A DNA stretch of 64,000 bases, from NCBI GenBank assembly GCA_049517335.1, contig JBEKSD010000001.1, positions 64,001 to 128,000 on the forward strand, in the 5' to 3' direction. Origin of the DNA: Candidatus Omnitrophota bacterium (lineage in GTDB: Bacteria > Omnitrophota > Gorgyraeia > Gygaellales > Profunditerraquicolaceae). A program made the translations under genes and the position numbers. Numbering within the stretch: position 1 is the stretch's first letter; each line of letters starts with the position of its first letter. The notes beneath the pieces were generated by a model. That model saw only the letters and a program-made list of their open reading frames with translations, searched no databases and was not told where the DNA came from. Of this stretch, positions 41,987 to 52,693 are shown piece after piece.

Positions 41987-44119
41987 ATGGTGAAAGAAAA
42001 GAAAGAGAAACTTAAGGCCGTTAAAAAAACGCCTGCTGCGGTAAAGATGAAGAAGGCGCAAAGTGCCGCTAAGGCTATCAAGCCGAAGGCTAAACCTAAG
42101 GCTCATCCTGCAGAAAAGCCTAAGGTTAAGAAAGCCGCGATTTTAAAAGTGAAAGCGGTAAAGGCAAAAGAAGCGATAGTAAAGTCGGCTCCGGTTCCGG
42201 TTAAAGTAGAGCCGCCAAAGCTTCAGGTAAAAGTTACACCCAAAGTTGAAATCAAGCCCCAGCCTAAAGTTGAAGCTAAGCCTCAAGTAAAAGTTGAAGC
42301 CAGGCCTCCTCAACCGGTCCCCGCTCCTGTTCCTATTACTGTTGTGCCTGAGCAGGAGACATTATGGGAACTGGAAATCCAACTGCCGGTAACCGTAAAA
42401 GATTTGGCAGTAAAACTACAGGAAAAACCCTCCGTTATTATCAAACATCTTATGGCTATGAAGGTAATGGCAGGGATAAATCAGAATGTTGACGAAGAAA
42501 CCGCAGCAAAAATTTGCCGGAAATTTGGCTGTAAAATAAAGAAAGCTCTTGGCAAAGAAGAGCAACTGTTGGGAGCGCATGAAGAGGAAGACAAGGCGAA
42601 AGATTTACTCGCGCGAGCACCCATAGTAACTTTTATGGGCCACGTTGACCACGGCAAAACATCGTTGCTGGATGCGATAAGAAAAACCAAGGTTGCCGAT
42701 TCTGAGCACGGAGGCATTACCCAGCATATCGGCGCCTATCGCGTTAAACTTACGCACGGAGAAATTACTTTCCTTGATACACCCGGCCATGAAGCGTTTA
42801 CCGCCATGCGTGCAAGGGGTGCTAGGATAACCGATATCGTAGTTTTGGTCGTAGCTGCGGATGACGGGGTAATGCCCCAGACTCAGGAAGCAATTGACCA
42901 TGCCCGGGCCGCGGGAGTGCCGATAATCGTTGCCATGAATAAAATAGACAAACCTTCGGCAAACCTTGATAAAGTTAAGAAACAATTGCAGGCGGTTGAC
43001 CTTACTCCGGAAGAATGGAACGGCAAGACCATTACCGTTGGTGTTTCGGCAAAGACAGGGGAAGGTATTGACAATTTGCTTGAAATGATCCTGCTTGAAG
43101 CGCAGATGCTCGAGCTGAAAGCAAACCCGAAGCGCCTTGCAAAAGGAGTGGTAGTTGAAGCAAGAATGTCCAAAGGCAGGGGGCCGGTGGCAACGTTGCT
43201 TATAGAGAATGGTACCCTACATCTTAATGAGAATATCATCGTAGGCAATTTATACGGCAAGATCCGCGCTATGTTTAATGACCACGGTCAGTCGGTAACA
43301 AGTGCTGGCCCCGGGTTTCCGGTTGAAGTCTTAGGCATAAGCGGTGTCCCGGAAGCCGGTGAGCAATTCTTTGTTATAGCTGATGAGAAAGAAGCCAAAG
43401 AACTGGCGCAAGCGCGCCTTGAAAAAGAGAGGCAGCAGCAGGTAAAGACGGCAAAGAAAATAAGCCTTGAAGATTTGCACGCTGAAATTATAGCCGGTAA
43501 AATTAAGGAATTAAAAATTATCATCAAGTCCGACGTTCAGGGTTCACTGGAAGCGATAAGAGATACGTTAGCTAAGTTGAACGTTTCGGAAATAAAAGTT
43601 GAAGTAATTCACACCGGGGTGGGCAATGTTAACAGTTCGGACGTAATATTAGCCATTGCCTCAAACGCTTTAATCGTCGGTTTCAATATTGAAGCGGATG
43701 AGCGGGCCAAGGAATTAATATCCAAAGAAGGGATTGACTTTAGGACGTATAATATTATTTATGAGCTGGCCAATGACATCAAAGCGGCGGTTGAAGGGAT
43801 GCTTGCGCCTAAATTAAAGAGGGTATTTTTAGGCAGGGCTGAAGTGAGAAAAGTATTTAAGCTTTCCCGTTCCGGAACTATTGCCGGCTGCTATATCACT
43901 AAAGGTAAGATTAACCGCAACAGTTTAGTTAACCTTATCAGGAACGGCGAAGTGGTTTTTGAAGGAAAACTTTCATCCTTAAAGCGCTTCAAAGACGATG
44001 TCCGCGATGTGGCGGAAGGCTTTGAATGCGGTATGAGTTTAGGCGGTTACGACCAGATGATGGAAGGCGACATTATTGAGGCGTACGAGATAGAAAAGAT
44101 AGCCAGAAAACTGGAGTGA
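41987..44119 (+). CDS. infB: Translation initiation factor IF-2
   Basis: [16 protein letters not shown] and NKID motifs; Lys/Pro/Ala-rich N-terminus. Confidence 0.97.
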   Translation: MVKEKKEKLKAVKKTPAAVKMKKAQSAAKAIKPKAKPKAHPAEKPKVKKAAILKVKAVKAKEAIVKSAPVPVKVEPPKLQVKVTPKVEIKPQPKVEAKPQVKVEARPPQPVPAPVPITVVPEQETLWELEIQLPVTVKDLAVKLQEKPSVIIKHLMAMKVMAGINQNVDEETAAKICRKFGCKIKKALGKEEQLLGAHEEEDKAKDLLARAPIVTFMGHVDHGKTSLLDAIRKTKVADSEHGGITQHIGAYRVKLTHGEITFLDTPGHEAFTAMRARGARITDIVVLVVAADDGVMPQTQEAIDHARAAGVPIIVAMNKIDKPSANLDKVKKQLQAVDLTPEEWNGKTITVGVSAKTGEGIDNLLEMILLEAQMLELKANPKRLAKGVVVEARMSKGRGPVATLLIENGTLHLNENIIVGNLYGKIRAMFNDHGQSVTSAGPGFPVEVLGISGVPEAGEQFFVIADEKEAKELAQARLEKERQQQVKTAKKISLEDLHAEIIAGKIKELKIIIKSDVQGSLEAIRDTLAKLNVSEIKVEVIHTGVGNVNSSDVILAIASNALIVGFNIEADERAKELISKEGIDFRTYNIIYELANDIKAAVEGMLAPKLKRVFLGRAEVRKVFKLSRSGTIAGCYITKGKINRNSLVNLIRNGEVVFEGKLSSLKRFKDDVRDVAEGFECGMSLGGYDQMMEGDIIEAYEIEKIARKLE

Positions 44120-45102
44120 TTATGACGAAGCGAATTTTAAGCGGGATGCGGCCCACGGGAAAACTTCATTTGGGCCACCTTGTGGGTGCTTTAGAGAATT
44201 GGAAAAAACTGCAGGATGAATATGAATGTTTCTTTATGCTGGCCGACTGGCACGCGTTGATGTCCGAATACGAAAACCCGAAAGATTTAAAAGAAAATAT
44301 GATTGATAATGCCGTGGATTGGTTTGCTTGCGGCATTGACCCTAAAAAGGCCACTATATTCATCCAGTCGCAGATTAAAGAACACCTTGAGCTGCATATG
44401 GTTTTTTCGGTGATTACTCCTTTGGGCTTATTGGAGCGCTGCCCGACTTACAAAGAGCAACTGCGCGAAATCACAAATAGGGATTTAAGCACTTATGGTT
44501 TTCTGGGTTATCCGGTGCTTCAGGCAGCAGATATCGCTCTTTATAAGGCGGAACTCGTTCCGGTAGGCGAGGACCAGCTTCCGCATTTGGAGCTTACCCG
44601 TCAGATTATCAGGAAATTCAGCCATATTTATAAGGAAGATATTTTCCCCGAGCCTCAGGCGCTCCTGACAAAAGAGAAACGCCTGCTCGGGCTTGACGGA
44701 AGAAAGATGAGCAAGAGTTACAATAATTTTATCGCTCTTTCTGACGAAGCAGGGGTAATCCGTAAAAAGGTTCAGAGTATGTTTACTGACCCTCAACGTA
44801 TCAGGGTGAGCGACCGCGGGCATCCTGAAAAATGCAATGTTTACGCTTATTATTCTATATTTGCGCCGGAGCAGAAAAAAGAAATTGACGAAGCCTGCCG
44901 CGCTTGCCGCATCGGCTGCACCGAGTGTAAAAAAAGATTGGGGGAGATATTGGTTAAATTCCTGGAGCCGATTGGTGAGAAAAGAAGAGAACTGCTTAAA
45001 AGCAAAAAAGATATAAAGGAAATACTGGAAGAAGGCTGCAGAAAAGCGCAAGCAGCCGCTCAAAGCACCATTTTGGAAGTAAAAAAAACAATCGGTATTT
45101 AA
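44116..45102 (+). CDS. trpS: Tryptophanyl-tRNA synthetase
   Basis: HLGH, GEDQ and KMSKS motifs; C-terminal 4-Cys motif. Confidence 0.96.
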   Translation: MIMTKRILSGMRPTGKLHLGHLVGALENWKKLQDEYECFFMLADWHALMSEYENPKDLKENMIDNAVDWFACGIDPKKATIFIQSQIKEHLELHMVFSVITPLGLLERCPTYKEQLREITNRDLSTYGFLGYPVLQAADIALYKAELVPVGEDQLPHLELTRQIIRKFSHIYKEDIFPEPQALLTKEKRLLGLDGRKMSKSYNNFIALSDEAGVIRKKVQSMFTDPQRIRVSDRGHPEKCNVYAYYSIFAPEQKKEIDEACRACRIGCTECKKRLGEILVKFLEPIGEKRRELLKSKKDIKEILEEGCRKAQAAAQSTILEVKKTIGI

Positions 45103-45105
45103 AGA

Positions 45106-45867
45106 ATGGTTTATAAAATAAAATTACAGATGTTTGAAGGCCCGCTTGACCTGCTCTTATATCTGGTCAAGAAAGACCACCTTAATATCTATGATATCCC
45201 TATCGCCAAAGTGACCGAACAATACCTAGATTATATAAATTTAATGCAGCTTATGGATTTGAATATCGCCGGAGAATTTATGGTCATGGCCGCTACGCTG
45301 ATGCAGATAAAATCCAAAATGCTCCTTCCTGCGGAGCCTGTTGAGCAAGCAGAGGTGCAGGAAGACCCGCGCGCAGAACTCGTCAAGCGCCTGCTGGAAT
45401 ATGAAAAATTCAAGGAGATTGCCGAGAATTTAAGGAAACGCGAAGAAGGCCAGCGGGAAGTATTTAAGCGCCCGAATACGGAAACGGAAAAAGAATTGAA
45501 TAAGGATGATAAACCGGTTTATTTTGAAGCGAGCATATTTGATTTGATTAATGCTTTTTCAAGGGCGTTAAAGGACGTGCCGAGAGAAGTTTTTTATGAA
45601 GTGATAAAAGATGAGTTTACCATTGAAGAAAAAGTACACTCTATATTGCACCTTTTACTGGTTGAGCCTTCGGAGCGCGTATCGGCATTATTCAAGAAGG
45701 CAAAGAACAAACTTGAAATAATCGTGACATTTTTAGCCATTCTGGAATTAATACGTATGAAGGAAATAGTTGCTGTCCAGTCAAATATGTTTGAGGATAT
45801 AGAAATAACCAGGAACAAGGAGAATATTATACCTTATGAGCGAAGAGATCAGGCAGACACTGCTTAA
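45106..45867 (+). CDS. scpA: Segregation/condensation protein A
   Basis: FEGPLDLLL, IKSKMLLP and FLAILEL motifs. Confidence 0.94.
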   Translation: MVYKIKLQMFEGPLDLLLYLVKKDHLNIYDIPIAKVTEQYLDYINLMQLMDLNIAGEFMVMAATLMQIKSKMLLPAEPVEQAEVQEDPRAELVKRLLEYEKFKEIAENLRKREEGQREVFKRPNTETEKELNKDDKPVYFEASIFDLINAFSRALKDVPREVFYEVIKDEFTIEEKVHSILHLLLVEPSERVSALFKKAKNKLEIIVTFLAILELIRMKEIVAVQSNMFEDIEITRNKENIIPYERRDQADTA

Positions 45868-46885
45868 GGGAAGCCCTCTAGTTAACTCTCAGGCGCAGGA
45901 ACCGGAAGAGGACGTGGTTTTGAATATCTCTCTTAGGCCGAAGAATTTAGTTGAGTTCGTCGGCCACAAGGAGATAGTTGATAACTTAAAGATTGCGGTA
46001 CAGGCGGCAAAACAGAGAAAAGAGCCGCTTGAGCATGTGCTTCTTAGCGGGCCTCCGGGCTTAGGCAAGACTTCCCTCTCTCATATTATCGCCCATGAAA
46101 TGAGCGCTAAGATTACCGCAACCAGCGGCCCGGCGATTGAAAGGGCAGGGGATTTAATCGGGATACTCACTAACCTTGAGAAGGGTGACATTCTTTTTAT
46201 TGACGAGATCCACCGGCTTTCCAAGGTGGTTGAAGAATTTTTGTATCCGGCTATGGAGAATTTCCAGATAGATTTTGTCATTGATAAGGGTCCGTATGCT
46301 AAGACTATAAAATTTAACCTGAAACCCTTTACGCTTGTGGGTGCTACCACCCGTTCCGGCCTGCTTGCGGCACCGCTACGCGGAAGGTTCGGGATATTTT
46401 ATAACCTTGATTTTTACAAGGTAGAGGATTTGGCAAAGATAATTAAACATTCCGCAAAAACTTTAGGCGTGGAAATTGAGCCGGATGCGGCGGATGAAAT
46501 TGCCAGGCGTGCCCGCGGAACGCCGCGTATTGCCAACAGGCTGCTAAAGCGGGTGCGCGATTATGCGCAGGTGGCTAAAATTGAAAAAATTAACCTTAAG
46601 GCAGCGGTGAAAGCGCTGGATGACCTTGGGATTGATAAGGCGGGCCTTGATGATTTAGACCGCAAGGTTTTGAAGTTAATTATAAATTCTTATGGTGGCG
46701 GGCCGGTTGGCGTTGAGGCAGTGGCTGCCAGCCTCAATGAGGAAGTGGATACGTTAGAGGATACAGTGGAGCCGTATCTTTTGAAAGCCGGATATTTAAA
46801 GCGCACTTCGCGGGGTAGAGTTGCTACGCGGCTTACCTTTGACCATTTCGGATTAAAATACGACAAACAAGAAGAATTGTTCTAG
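45836..46885 (+). CDS. ruvB: Holliday junction branch migration helicase
   Basis: LRPK, GPPGLGKT, FIDEIHR and RGTPR motifs. Confidence 0.97.
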   Translation: MSEEIRQTLLKGSPLVNSQAQEPEEDVVLNISLRPKNLVEFVGHKEIVDNLKIAVQAAKQRKEPLEHVLLSGPPGLGKTSLSHIIAHEMSAKITATSGPAIERAGDLIGILTNLEKGDILFIDEIHRLSKVVEEFLYPAMENFQIDFVIDKGPYAKTIKFNLKPFTLVGATTRSGLLAAPLRGRFGIFYNLDFYKVEDLAKIIKHSAKTLGVEIEPDAADEIARRARGTPRIANRLLKRVRDYAQVAKIEKINLKAAVKALDDLGIDKAGLDDLDRKVLKLIINSYGGGPVGVEAVAASLNEEVDTLEDTVEPYLLKAGYLKRTSRGRVATRLTFDHFGLKYDKQEELF

Positions 46886-46899
46886 GGATTAATTATTTC

Positions 46900-46967
46900 T
46901 AATTTTGCTTCGGGTTTGTTCGCGCACAAAATTTTAATGTGTGCTTCACAAACCTTGCGCAAAATTA
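46900..46967. repeat. Imperfect palindrome (intergenic hairpin)
   Basis: Nested arms TAATTTTGC/GCAAAATTA, GGTTTGT/ACAAACC and GCGCACA/TGTGTGC, separated by C/T-rich internal loops. Confidence 0.8.
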
Positions 46968-46982
46968 TTTCAATAGCTGAAT

Positions 46983-47522
46983 ATGAAAATATTACTACAT
47001 ACCTGTTGCGCGCCGTGTTTGATTTATCCTTTAGCGCAGTTAAAGGATAATGGATTTGAGGTGGAGGGGTTATTTTATAACCCCAATATCCATCCGTTTA
47101 CCGAATACAAAAACAGAAAACAGGCGATCGCTGACTTAAATAAAGATATTAAAGTAACTTTTCCGGATTATGAGCCGGCAGAATTTTTTCAGGCAATAAA
47201 CGAGAAAGAATACGGCGGCCAGAGGTGCGCGATTTGCTGGAAGCTGCGCCTTAAAAAAACCGCAGAAGAAGCAAAAAAGAGCGGTTTCACTCATTTTACT
47301 ACCACGCTTTTAGTCAGCCCATATCAAGATCAGGAACTGCTTAAAAAAATAGGGAATGAAACAGCTGCGGAAACAGGAGTTAAATTTTATTATGAAGATT
47401 TCCGGCCTGGTTTTCGCAAAGCGCACAATGAAGCAAAGCAGAAAGGCATCTACTGTCAGAAATATTGCGGGTGTATTTATTCAGAAGTAGAGAGGTTTAA
47501 GAAAAATGCAGGAAATCGGTAA
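46983..47522 (+). CDS. queH: Epoxyqueuosine reductase QueH
   Basis: LLHTCCAPC, YNPNIHP and QKYCGC motifs; near queA and tgt. Confidence 0.93.
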   Translation: MKILLHTCCAPCLIYPLAQLKDNGFEVEGLFYNPNIHPFTEYKNRKQAIADLNKDIKVTFPDYEPAEFFQAINEKEYGGQRCAICWKLRLKKTAEEAKKSGFTHFTTTLLVSPYQDQELLKKIGNETAAETGVKFYYEDFRPGFRKAHNEAKQKGIYCQKYCGCIYSEVERFKKNAGNR

Positions 47523-47721
47523 AATCCTGATACTATTCGGAATTATTTTAATCGGCGTAGGGTTACTTTTAACGTTTTATAACAAGATTCCCCTTATCGG
47601 CAAGCTTCCCGGGGATATCTTGATACAGAAGAAAAATTTTACTTTTTATTTTCCGCTGGCAACATCAATCCTTTTAAGCATTATTCTTTCTCTAATATTC
47701 TGGATATTTAACCGGAAATGA
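47506..47721 (+). CDS. DUF2905-type small membrane protein
   Basis: GKLPGDI...FYFPLATS motif in the ruvB-queA context. Confidence 0.85.
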   Translation: MQEIGKILILFGIILIGVGLLLTFYNKIPLIGKLPGDILIQKKNFTFYFPLATSILLSIILSLIFWIFNRK

Positions 47722-48857
47722 AAATCCTCAAGCATTTTTTTCTAGTCTTAGTAATAGTTAACAATTACGGGTTACTGGTTACTGAATCTAAGGCCCAGCC
47801 CCAGGATACGATCCGTGTGGCAATAACCCAGGATATTTCTACATTGAATATAAAGGTTTCAGGCCCTTACGAAGTAACCAACCCGGATACTCACGAAGTT
47901 TTATATCAGGGAAGAAACCTAAAAACGACAGTAACAACTTATAAAAACGGAATCCTTATCGGCGAAAAAAGTTTTAATCGCGACAGGATATTAATTATTC
48001 CCAAAGATGAGGGCATAGTTATTATGAATGACCGCACCTTCCGCGGAAGCATCCTGATTATAAAAGATAAAAACGGCCTGCTTAGCGCGATTAACCGCAT
48101 AGGGCTGGAAGATTATATCCGCGGCATCCTTTATCATGAGGTTTCGCATTACTGGCCCATGGAAGTATTAAAAGCTCAGGCCATCGTATCGCGCACCTAT
48201 GCTCGCTATTCCATGCAGGTGAATAAACTTCAAGAGTTTGACCTGACAAACGATATTTATTCGCAAGTCTACGGCGGGAGCAGATCCGAACGTTTCCGCA
48301 CTAATCAGGCAGTTGAGGAAACTGTAGGACGCGTGATTACATTTGAAGGTAAAATAATCCCGGCGTATTTTCACGCCACCTGTGGAGGACATACGGAAGA
48401 TGCGTCTTTGCTTTGGAATATAAATATTCCGCCCTTAAAGGGAGTAGCCTGCGGGTTCTGCAAGGATTCCCCGCATTTTAACTGGCATGAGGTTATTTTT
48501 ACCGGAGAGATCAGGCAGGCTCTGGTAAATGCTGGGTACAAAATAGGGGTTATAAAAAAGATATTCCCCTTATCTAGGGATACCTCGGGAAGAATCAGTG
48601 ATTTAAAGATAATAAATACCAAAAATGACCTCGTTATTCCGGCCAAGGATTTCAGGAATATCATCGGCCCTAATTTGATAAGGAGCACGAATTTTAAAGT
48701 GAATATCGTAGGGACGGACGCGGTATTTGAAGGTATTGGCTGGGGCCACGGCGTTGGCCTCTGCCAGTGGGGCGCATATTTTATGGCGAAGAACGGTTCA
48801 AGCGCCGAAGAAATAATCAGATATTATTATCCTAAAACTGATGTGCAAGCTTTCTGA
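47718..48857 (+). CDS. SpoIID/LytB domain protein
   Basis: LKAQAIVSRTYA, SQVYGG and GWGHGVGLCQWGA motifs. Confidence 0.92.
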   Translation: MKILKHFFLVLVIVNNYGLLVTESKAQPQDTIRVAITQDISTLNIKVSGPYEVTNPDTHEVLYQGRNLKTTVTTYKNGILIGEKSFNRDRILIIPKDEGIVIMNDRTFRGSILIIKDKNGLLSAINRIGLEDYIRGILYHEVSHYWPMEVLKAQAIVSRTYARYSMQVNKLQEFDLTNDIYSQVYGGSRSERFRTNQAVEETVGRVITFEGKIIPAYFHATCGGHTEDASLLWNINIPPLKGVACGFCKDSPHFNWHEVIFTGEIRQALVNAGYKIGVIKKIFPLSRDTSGRISDLKIINTKNDLVIPAKDFRNIIGPNLIRSTNFKVNIVGTDAVFEGIGWGHGVGLCQWGAYFMAKNGSSAEEIIRYYYPKTDVQAF

Positions 48858-49833
48858 CTTTGATTATATTCTTCCCAAAGAATTAATCGCCCAGCATCCT
48901 TTAAATGAGCGTGACAGCGCCCGCCTCTTAGTGGTAGAGCGTAAGAGCGGGAATATTAAACATTGTATTTTTAAGGATTTAACCGGTTTCTTTAAGCCCA
49001 ATGACCTCCTGGTCCTAAACAACACGAAAGTCATGCCTTGCCGCCTGAAAGGTAAAAGGCGCAGCGGAGGTAAAGTTGAAGTATTTTTGCTGAAGCAAAA
49101 GGAAGGTAAAACTTTTGAAGCCCTGCTTAAGCCGACAAGATTAAAATTAGGGGAGAAGATTAATTTTAACGCTTCGCCTGTTTACGCCGAGATTTTATCC
49201 AGAAATGAAGTGGCATTTAATACGCAGGACTTAAATAAGATTTACGGGCTTGGGGCTATGCCTTTACCGCCTTATATAAAAAGAGAAGCACAAGATTTAG
49301 ATAATATTTATTATCAGACTATTTATGCTAAAGAGAATGGAGCAGTGGCATCTCCCACAGCCGGCCTGCATTTTACGGAAGAACTGCTTAAAAAGATTAA
49401 TAAAAACGACACAGCTATTTCTTACGTTACTTTGCATGTAGGCTTGGGGACTTTTAAGCCGGTAAAATCCGAAGACATTACGCAACATAAAATGGAAAAG
49501 GAATATTTTAAGGTTCCGGATGAAACAATAAATGCCGTTACCAAGGCTCGCAAGTTTTTAGGCCGGGTTATTGCCGTTGGGACCACTAGCTTACGCGCTT
49601 TAGAGTCCTTTGCCTTAGGTAAAAAAGAAGGCGAGACGGATTTATTTATTTATCCGGGTTTTGATTTTAAGGTTACCGACTGCCTGCTCACTAATTTTCA
49701 TCTTCCGCGCACCACGCTTTTTATGCTGGTGTGCGCTTTTGCCGGATGCGATTTAATGAAAAAAGCATACCGGGAAGCAATAGACAATAAATACCGTTTT
49801 TACAGCTATGGCGATGCCATGCTTATAATTTAA
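48841..49833 (+). CDS. queA: SAM:tRNA ribosyltransferase-isomerase
   Basis: LIAQHP, PLPPYI, ASPTAGLHF and YSYGDAM motifs. Confidence 0.97.
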   Translation: MCKLSDFDYILPKELIAQHPLNERDSARLLVVERKSGNIKHCIFKDLTGFFKPNDLLVLNNTKVMPCRLKGKRRSGGKVEVFLLKQKEGKTFEALLKPTRLKLGEKINFNASPVYAEILSRNEVAFNTQDLNKIYGLGAMPLPPYIKREAQDLDNIYYQTIYAKENGAVASPTAGLHFTEELLKKINKNDTAISYVTLHVGLGTFKPVKSEDITQHKMEKEYFKVPDETINAVTKARKFLGRVIAVGTTSLRALESFALGKKEGETDLFIYPGFDFKVTDCLLTNFHLPRTTLFMLVCAFAGCDLMKKAYREAIDNKYRFYSYGDAMLII

Positions 49834-49834
49834 T

Positions 49835-50941
49835 ATGCCTTATACGCTACTACATAAAGATAAAACCGGCAGGGCGCGTCTCGGCAAACTTAAAACCGCT
49901 CACGGAGAAATCAATACTCCCTGTTTTATGCCCGTAGGCACGCACGCTACGGTCAAGGGTATCACCATCCGGCAACTGGAAGAATGCGGGGCTGAGATTA
50001 TGCTTTCCAATGCCTACCACGTATTTTTGCGCCCCGGTTTAGAGATAATCAGGAAAGCAGGCGGGTTGCATAATTTTATGTCATGGCAGAAGCCGGTTTT
50101 GACTGACAGCGGCGGGTATCAGATATTCAGTTTAGCGCTGCTAAGGAAACTGAATGACAAGGGAGTAGAATTCCAGTCGCATATTGACGGTAAGAAGTAT
50201 TTTCTTACTCCTGAAGATGTCATTGAAATACAGAATGGCTTGGGTTCGGATATCATCATGCCTCTGGATGAGTGCGCGCATTACCCCTGCTCAAAAGACC
50301 ACGCACTTGTAGCAATGGAGAGGACCCTGCTTTGGGCAAAGCGCTCAAAAGCGGTACATAAGAAAAAAGAGCAACTCTTATTCGGCATTATTCAGGGCGC
50401 AACCTATGAGGACCTGCGCTATGAATGCGCCAAGCAAATCATTGATATGGATTTTGACGGCTTAGCAATAGGCGGGGTTTCCGTTGGCGAGCCGGGTGAT
50501 TTGATATATAATATCATTAATACAGTCGTTTCCATATTGCCTGAAGAGAAGGCGCGGTATGTCATGGGCGTAGGCTACCCTCAGGACATCATTGAAGCTG
50601 TGGACAGGGGCGTTGACATGTTTGACTGCGTCGCGCCCACGCGTTTAGGAAGAAACGGCACTGCTTTTACCAGCAGGGGAAAAATCATCATCAGGAATTC
50701 TCCTTTTCAGGATGATTTCCGGCCTTTGGATGAAAAATGCGGCTGTTATGTCTGTAAAACATTTAACCGCGCGTACCTGCGCCATTTATTCAACGCCGAA
50801 GAGATGCTCGGGTTGATTCTGCTTTCGTATCACAATATTTATTTCTTCCTTGATATGATGCGTAAAGCAAGAAGCTCAATAGCGCAGGACAGCTTCGCTG
50901 AATTTAAGAAAGATTTCCTCAGCAGTTATAATTCAAAGTAA
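49835..50941 (+). CDS. tgt: tRNA-guanine transglycosylase
   Basis: FMPVGT, TDSGGYQ and DMFDCV motifs; CxCxxC Zn site. Confidence 0.97.
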   Translation: MPYTLLHKDKTGRARLGKLKTAHGEINTPCFMPVGTHATVKGITIRQLEECGAEIMLSNAYHVFLRPGLEIIRKAGGLHNFMSWQKPVLTDSGGYQIFSLALLRKLNDKGVEFQSHIDGKKYFLTPEDVIEIQNGLGSDIIMPLDECAHYPCSKDHALVAMERTLLWAKRSKAVHKKKEQLLFGIIQGATYEDLRYECAKQIIDMDFDGLAIGGVSVGEPGDLIYNIINTVVSILPEEKARYVMGVGYPQDIIEAVDRGVDMFDCVAPTRLGRNGTAFTSRGKIIIRNSPFQDDFRPLDEKCGCYVCKTFNRAYLRHLFNAEEMLGLILLSYHNIYFFLDMMRKARSSIAQDSFAEFKKDFLSSYNSK

Positions 50942-50943
50942 AG

Positions 50944-51654
50944 ATGAAAATAGACATTATTACAATTTTTCCTAAGATGTTCTCAACTGTTTTAAATGAA
51001 TCTATCATTAAAAGAGCGCAGGCTAAGGGAAAAGTAAAGTTATGCGTGCATGATTTAAGGGGCTACACTTCTGATAAGCACAGAAAGGTAGATGACCGGC
51101 CCTTTGGCGGAGGCTCAGGCATGGTCATGGCACCTCAACCCATATTTAATGCACTCAAGGCTTTAACCGGAAACCGGAAACCGGAAACCGGTAAGCCGTT
51201 AGTTATACTGCTTGCGCCTCAAGGCAAAAAACTTAATCATAATCTGGCGAAGAAATTATCCAGACATAAGCACCTTATATTAATCTGCGGCCATTACGAG
51301 GGTATTGATGAACGGGTAAAAGAGGCTTTGGCAGACGAAGTGATTTCTATCGGGGATTATGTCTTAACCGGAGGGGAACTTCCGGCAATGGTTCTGGTGG
51401 ACGCTATAGTCAGGCTTATCCCTGGAGTCTTAGGAGACAAAAATTCCTTGAATTTTGAGTCATTTGAAGGTAACCTATTAGAATATCCTCACTATACAAG
51501 GCCTGCCATTTTTAAGGGAATGAGCGTTCCGGCTGTTCTCTTGTCAGGCGATCATAAGAAAATTGAGGCCTGGAGAAGGAAAGAAGCGCTGAAATTAACC
51601 AAACAAAGAAGGCCGGATTTACTTAAAAAATTAAAGGAGAAAAGAAATGGATAA
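50944..51654 (+). CDS. trmD: tRNA (guanine-N1)-methyltransferase
   Basis: [22 protein letters not shown] and [11 protein letters not shown] motifs. Confidence 0.97.
   Translation: MKIDIITIFPKMFSTVLNESIIKRAQAKGKVKLCVHDLRGYTSDKHRKVDDRPFGGGSGMVMAPQPIFNALKALTGNRKPETGKPLVILLAPQGKKLNHNLAKKLSRHKHLILICGHYEGIDERVKEALADEVISIGDYVLTGGELPAMVLVDAIVRLIPGVLGDKNSLNFESFEGNLLEYPHYTRPAIFKGMSVPAVLLSGDHKKIEAWRRKEALKLTKQRRPDLLKKLKEKRNG
51164..51198. repeat. 7-bp tandem repeat (AAACCGG) inside trmD
   Basis: taaccgg aaaccgg aaaccgg aaaccgg taagccg. Confidence 0.85.
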
Positions 51655-52003
51655 GCTGAAATTAATTGAAGCCGGTTTAGTAAGAAAAGATCTGTCGAAA
51701 CTTAACGTGGGAGATACGGTGAAAGTCATGGTTAAGATTCCCGAAGGCCCGGATAAGATTAGGCTGCACCCTTTTGAGGGCGTGGTCATTTCCAGAGACG
51801 GCTCAGGCATAAGGGAAAGCTTTACAGTGAGGAAAGTATCTTACGGCGAAGGCATTGAGCGTGTTTTCCCAGTTAATTCACCCAGCATAGACAGTATTGA
51901 AATTGTACGTTCGGGAAAGGTAAGACGGGCTAAACTTTACTATTTAAGAAGCAAGGTCGGCAAGCGCGCAACGAAGATAGAAGAAAAAGAAACAAAAGAA
52001 TAA
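51647..52003 (+). CDS. rplS: 50S ribosomal protein L19
   Basis: [20 protein letters not shown] and [10 protein letters not shown] motifs. Confidence 0.97.
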   Translation: MDKLKLIEAGLVRKDLSKLNVGDTVKVMVKIPEGPDKIRLHPFEGVVISRDGSGIRESFTVRKVSYGEGIERVFPVNSPSIDSIEIVRSGKVRRAKLYYLRSKVGKRATKIEEKETKE

Positions 52004-52016
52004 GGCCGTAACCGCT

Positions 52017-52625
52017 GTGTTTACTTACGAACGCCTGCTTAAAAAACACGGATTTGATATCATCATTGGAGTAGATGAAGCAGGGCGCGGCCCGTTAGCC
52101 GGACCGGTTGTGGCAGCGGCAGTAAGGCTGATTTCGCACCGTTTTAATAACCGCATAGACGATTCCAAAAAATTATCAGCCGCAAAAAGAGAAAGAGCCT
52201 ATTTAGAGATCATTGATAAATGCATTTTTGGCATAGGCATAGTAGATGAAAAGGAGATTGACGCCATCAATATCCTGGAAGCATCTCGCCTAGCCATGCA
52301 GAAAGCAGTTCTTTTGTTAATTGATAAGCTCGGCGAAAATTGCGATTATAAGCGCGTCTTTATTATAGCCGACGGAAATATGTCTTTAAATATAAGCCTT
52401 CCTGTTTTAAGTATTATAAAAGGGGATTGCAAATCCATAAGCATCGCATCTGCTTCTATAATCGCAAAAGTTACCCGCGACCGCATCATGAAATTATACG
52501 ACAGGGCTTATCCTCAATATGGATTCTTAAAACATAAAGGCTATCCTACGGCTGAGCACAGGAAATGCTTAAAGGATATTGGGCCTTCTCCGATACACAG
52601 AAAGAGCTTTAGCTTTGCCTGTTAA
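52017..52625 (+). CDS. rnhB: Ribonuclease HII
   Basis: GVDEAGRGPLAGPV, DSKKL and HKGYPT motifs. Confidence 0.96.
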   Translation: MFTYERLLKKHGFDIIIGVDEAGRGPLAGPVVAAAVRLISHRFNNRIDDSKKLSAAKRERAYLEIIDKCIFGIGIVDEKEIDAINILEASRLAMQKAVLLLIDKLGENCDYKRVFIIADGNMSLNISLPVLSIIKGDCKSISIASASIIAKVTRDRIMKLYDRAYPQYGFLKHKGYPTAEHRKCLKDIGPSPIHRKSFSFAC

Positions 52626-52635
52626 AATCATATAC

Positions 52636-52664
52636 TTGTGGAAAATAAAATTAGGTTGTATACT
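52636..52664 (+). promoter_or_regulatory. Possible sigma70 promoter of fchA-folD
   Basis: TTGTGG-17 nt-TATACT. Confidence 0.4.
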
Positions 52665-52693
52665 AAAACCCAACTTATTCGCAGAAAAAAACT

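Noticed and set aside
42220-42320. 24-bp periodic repeats (KVExKPQ) in infB
   Set aside because: In-frame low-complexity repeats are normal in IF-2 N-terminal regions.
45106-46885. scpA without scpB and ruvB without ruvA as a novel module
   Set aside because: The partners may simply lie elsewhere in the genome; this cannot be judged from the window.
46876-46910. preQ1-I riboswitch upstream of queH (GTTCTAG resembles the loop motif)
   Set aside because: The motif overlaps the ruvB stop codon, the P1 stem is weak, and the required A-rich 3' tail is absent.
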